DNA from: Macrostomum lignano
Taxonomy: Eukaryota
Assembly (NCBI GenBank): GCA_002269645.1
Contig: NIVC01005212.1
Location: forward strand, 1-21,048
Direction: 5' to 3'
DNA: 21,048 nt
Position 1 is the first letter of the stretch. Each line of letters begins with the position of its first letter. The notes beneath the pieces are model-generated. The model saw nothing but the letters and a program-made list of their open reading frames with translations, was not told the DNA's origin and did no database searches. Positions 19,501 through 21,048 of this stretch are shown here, piece after piece. A program made the translations under genes and the position numbers.

Positions 19501-20788
19501 AATAAAAGTAAATTTGTGATCACCAACAATAGTTTTCCTACCCCTCCTAATCACCGTTAATCCTCATCAGGTTGCAATCGAGCCAGGCGCGTGCTGGCAG
19601 ATTCAGTGCCGCCAGAACAGCGCGAGTTCACTGTGTCCAAGGCCTGGAGCCCGGCTGCAGCTACTTGGCCACAGTGCAGGCGCGGTCTAGCGCGGGCCTG
19701 TCCCCAGCCAGCGAGCCCCTGACGTTGTCACCGCACCTGTAGCGCCAGACGCTCCGGCACCGCCGCGTCTTCAAGGCGGCTAGAGCGGCTCTGCTCTGCT
19801 TGGCCTGGTCGCCGCCCAGGTACACTGGCGGCGCCGAGATCACCGGCTATGAAGTGTGCATGGACTGTTTGGGACCGGCTGAAGCCGGATTGCCAGATGC
19901 CGAAGCTGGAGGCGGCCTGTCAGGCGATACTGACAAAACAGCAGCAGCAGCAATATTTGGAACCCGCGTCACTCGCAGGTGCGTGTGTCGCTTGCGTGTG
20001 TCCTTTGGCTAGATTATCTGGCAGAGTCTGTCTGAGCTGGAAAGGGGTTTCCGGGCGTCTGTATACAGCGGGGAGGCGTCGCCGCCCATTCCGATAATCC
20101 CTGGCGACTGCGAGCAGCTGTTTTGCTGTGTCGTGCAGGGAGATCCGGGAGGTGGATGGTTCCTCCGCCCGGTAGCCCTTGGTAGCGGACGAGCTGCGCA
20201 GAGATTCTCGGGGCCTGAAAGACGGAGAGGTGCGGGTTTGGGCGCGACGTAGGTGAGCCTGTCCTGAGTAAAGGCTAGGGGGGGGGGCATTCACAGCAGA
20301 ATGAACTGCTCCGCATTCTCGACACCGGAAGGCAGAATGTAAGGATGATTTAGCAACAACGCTTGGCAAAACAGCCATGACCCGATAGGGCCATGGTCCT
20401 CGCTGTTCCTAACTAGCAATCAATATAGTACAGAGATGCTAAGCTGACTAGCTGAAAAGTTTTGTTTGATTCTGAAAAGCATCCTCGCGCAGTGCTCTCC
20501 ACAGGTGTACAAAGGCGCCGCTCTAGAGCTCAGTCACGGGTCTGGTGCCCGGCCACGCCTACGCATTCAGATTGCGCGCCAAATAATCGGCCGGCTCCGG
20601 CGGGTCAGAGTCGCTGCGCGTAGCCAGCGCCCACGGCGTGCCGGACGCGCCTCCCGCGCCAATTGTTTCTGCCCGGTCTCCGCACACGGCCTCAGTGGCC
20701 TGGACTAGTCCGCCTTGTAGGGCGCTCGTCATCTCCGAGTATCGCCTCGAATGGCAGCCGCCGCGGCCCGGTGCTGACTTTCGCGCTG
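3152..20788 (+). CDS. FNDC3: FNDC3-family gene (fibronectin type III domain-containing protein 3, FNDC3A/B/mtgo-like); six coding exons in window, 3'-truncated, frame interrupted by many 1-bp indels
   Basis: The N-terminal motif IVMVHVGAGETFCVRVGDQIQHVRGPATVRMVSNSGPPLPMPMQVPPGHLVQQIVDENGILTHVILSPQ resembles, from memory, the FNDC3A/B motif (VQVNPGETFTIR..GPA.V.M.SPNG..PP..VPPG...Q..ED..G.R.V..TPQ). It is followed by a basic segment DDRTERHKCKVQHRLKNR and tandem FN3 repeats (PxxP..W..P.DNG..I..Y.L..Y.G..L.PxxxYxFRLxAxN..G). Exon junctions are GT..AG. Confidence 0.9.
5844..7096. repeat. 19-bp minisatellite (GAGGACAGGAGACACATAA)n, about 66 copies, intron 1
   Basis: Directly visible. Variants end in ATAA/AAAA/ACAA/ATGA. 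The 19-aa peptide period in all three minus-strand ORFs equals three 19-nt units. Confidence 0.98.
7679..7849 (+). CDS. FNDC3: FNDC3 coding exon 2 (PTSLMMDDRTERHKCKVQHRLKNRRAQQQQ...RKRPSPR)
   Basis: Acceptor tttctcAG at 7677-7678 after a T-rich tract. Phase 1 joins exon 1 in frame with ORF 7690. Donor G|GTGAGA at 7850, phase 1. The basic helix resembles the FNDC3 DER...LQKKLKDR segment. Confidence 0.85.
7975..8820. repeat. 16-bp minisatellite family (CTAAAGATTGGGGAAT)n with a 96-bp higher-order repeat and degenerate edges, intron 2
   Basis: Near-pure core 8375-8662 (18 x 16 bp). 96-bp six-monomer blocks start at 8120, 8216 and 8312. Confidence 0.95.
10016..10087. repeat. (CT)36 microsatellite
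   Basis: Perfect dinucleotide run. Confidence 0.99.
10482..10555. repeat. (TC)37 microsatellite
   Basis: Perfect dinucleotide run. Confidence 0.99.
10972..11496. repeat. 30-bp minisatellite (GAATCGCTCAGATAGCCTGGGGCTAGAGGG)n, about 17.5 copies
   Basis: Columns repeat exactly every 30 nt in lines 11161-11400, with a few 1-bp G deletions elsewhere. Confidence 0.98.
12740..13480. repeat. 32-bp minisatellite (GAGGGGACCGGTGGGTAACAAGAGAGGTCACT)n, about 23 copies, with a 188-bp higher-order repeat
   Basis: Period 32 (12961 vs 12993). Variant-monomer blocks recur at 12881, 13069 and 13289. Confidence 0.97.
13540..14330. repeat. 33-bp minisatellite (CAGTAATGTCACACTGTATGGACTAGTGAGTAA)n, about 24 copies
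   Basis: Directly visible. Gives the 11-aa periodic ORFs 13663-14124 and 14124-14345. Confidence 0.98.
14695..15683 (+). CDS. FNDC3: FNDC3 coding exon 3: polyQ/H linker, FN3 repeat 1 and first part of FN3 repeat 2
   Basis: Acceptor ctgcAG at 14693-14694, in phase with exon 2. FN3 motifs FELHL..YNRVFDG..LQDLRPNREYHVKA, then after a -1 shift at cccc 15552-15555, PAAPHLASRTKNSLLVRWPASDEDNGAKVVAYLLE. Donor G|GTGAGC at 15684. Confidence 0.88.
15806..16580. repeat. 29-bp minisatellite (AAGATCTTGAAGCTTCGGGAATTTCGTGT)n, about 27 copies, intron 3
   Basis: Period 29 (16261 vs 16290). The 5' half is variant-rich and the 3' half is homogeneous. Confidence 0.97.
17161..17285. repeat. Degenerate ~20-bp repeat (TTTGGCGCCTTTCTCTGA-like), about 6 copies
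   Basis: Recurring tttggcgcc/tttggcgtc/tttgtcgcc followed by pyrimidine runs. Confidence 0.7.
17330..17905. repeat. ~23-bp minisatellite (GTTACAGATATCGGCGCCTCCCT)n, about 26 copies, unit length 20-23
   Basis: Directly visible, with many small indel variants. Confidence 0.95.
17895..18064. repeat. ~70-bp direct repeat, two copies 100 bp apart
   Basis: ccccctgttaga(g/a)actttaagtcgacgcctatttttatacggtcaacctcatctttaaggatttaattg at about 17896-17964 and 17996-18064. Confidence 0.95.
18143..18703 (+). CDS. FNDC3: FNDC3 coding exon 4: end of FN3-2, FN3-3, start of FN3-4
   Basis: Acceptor gtttcAG at 18141-18142, in phase with exon 3. After six 1-bp corrections it reads VSAPDFAEVYRGAQRQFKLTKLSPNTLYSLRVAAVNSKGVGDYS..PPQPDPP..LTVAW..FVLQM..GHGFMTVYSG..LRRNTEYRFRLQAINDDGASKWS..PDKPG..FRLAWEAPSDDGGMPLLAYQ. 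Donor CAG|GTGCGT at 18704. Confidence 0.85.
18734..19120. repeat. 22-bp minisatellite (AGCGATCTAGCGGCTTCTGTTT)n, about 17 copies, intron 4
   Basis: Period 22 (18844 vs 18866). Variants CAATCTAG/CGATCTAG. Confidence 0.95.
19176..19460. repeat. 18-bp minisatellite (GACCATAGACAATCTAGT)n, about 16 copies, intron 4
   Basis: Directly visible. Gives the 6-aa periodic ORFs (VTIDNL, HRQSSD, MVTRLS). Confidence 0.97.
19571..19978 (+). CDS. FNDC3: FNDC3 coding exon 5: end of FN3-4, start of FN3-5
   Basis: Acceptor ctcatcAG at 19569-19570, phase 0. Segments QGLEPGCSYLATVQARSSAGLSPASEPL, APVAPDAPAPPRLQG and LAWSPPRYTGGAEITGYEV lie in different frames (at least 3 indels). Donor CAG|GTGCGT at 19979. Confidence 0.75.
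20505..20788 (+). CDS. FNDC3: FNDC3 coding exon 6: end of FN3-5, start of FN3-6
   Basis: Acceptor ctctccacAG at 20503-20504. Reads VYKGAALE, then after a shift SVTGLVPGHAYAFRLRA[K*]SAGSGGSES..GVPDAPPAP..ASVAWTSP..ISEYRLEW, with an in-frame TAA at 20584-20586. Donor G|GTGGGT at 20789. Confidence 0.78.
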
Positions 20789-20934
20789 GTGGGTGTTCGA
20801 ACCTGCATTTTGAGGGATTTTTTCTGGTGGGGATAGTGCTAGAATGGGCCGCTAGCCGTCCAGCTGGTGGACTATCAGAGTTCTTTAATTAGTAGTACAC
20901 CTTGCTTCTTAATCCAGCTCTCACTTCTCTAATC

Positions 20935-21048
20935 TTCAAGTGGCGCTTATCCTTCCTAATGTTTCAAGTGGCGCTTATCCCTTCCCTAATTTTTCAAGTG
21001 GTGCTTATCCCTTCCCTAAATGTTTCAAGTGGCGCTTATCCCTTCCCT
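20935..21048. repeat. ~30-bp minisatellite (TTCAAGTGGCGCTTATCCCTTCCCTAATGT), 4 copies, cut by the window end
   Basis: tgg(c/t)gcttatcc recurs four times at spacings of 28-31 nt. Confidence 0.9.

Noticed and set aside
19191-19560. Hexapeptide-repeat ORFs (VTIDNL, HRQSSD, MVTRLS)
   Set aside because: Translations of the 18-bp minisatellite inside intron 4, with no supported splice sites.
19920-20378. Antisense 152-aa ORF with a CxxC motif and an LPDNLAK segment faintly like the C-terminus of RTE-type retrotransposons
   Set aside because: No reverse transcriptase or endonuclease motifs, and the motif order does not fit. A profile search would be needed.
20584-20586. Stop-codon readthrough or recoding in exon 6
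   Set aside because: The codon is TAA rather than TGA, it falls where the FN3 consensus Asn is expected, and it lies in the most error-dense part of the gene.

Overview
Eukaryotic (metazoan) genomic DNA, not prokaryotic. The + strand carries the 5' two-thirds of an FNDC3-family gene (FNDC3A/B, Drosophila mtgo). I can reconstruct six coding exons (3152-4022, 7679-7849, 14695-15683, 18143-18703, 19571-19978, 20505-20788) with GT..AG introns; phases match directly across introns 1-4. They encode the FNDC3 N-terminal motif, Q/P/H-rich linkers and about 5.5 fibronectin type III repeats, and the gene runs off the right end. The reading frame has at least 14 lesions. Most are single-base indels in short homopolymers and they become denser toward the 3' end, which looks most like long-read consensus error, though a decaying duplicate cannot be excluded. 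Roughly 40-45% of the intron sequence is tandem repeat: ten minisatellite arrays (units of 16, 18, 19, 22, 23, 29, 30, 30, 32 and 33 bp) and two (CT)n tracts. Several arrays show higher-order structure, short palindromes in the monomer and cores shared between arrays. GC-rich CAG-rich exons with minisatellite-packed introns suggest a flatworm such as Macrostomum (inference only). Most long ORFs in the supplied track are repeat artefacts or shadow frames. I found no convincing new protein-coding system; the most interesting unexplained structure is the minisatellite architecture.
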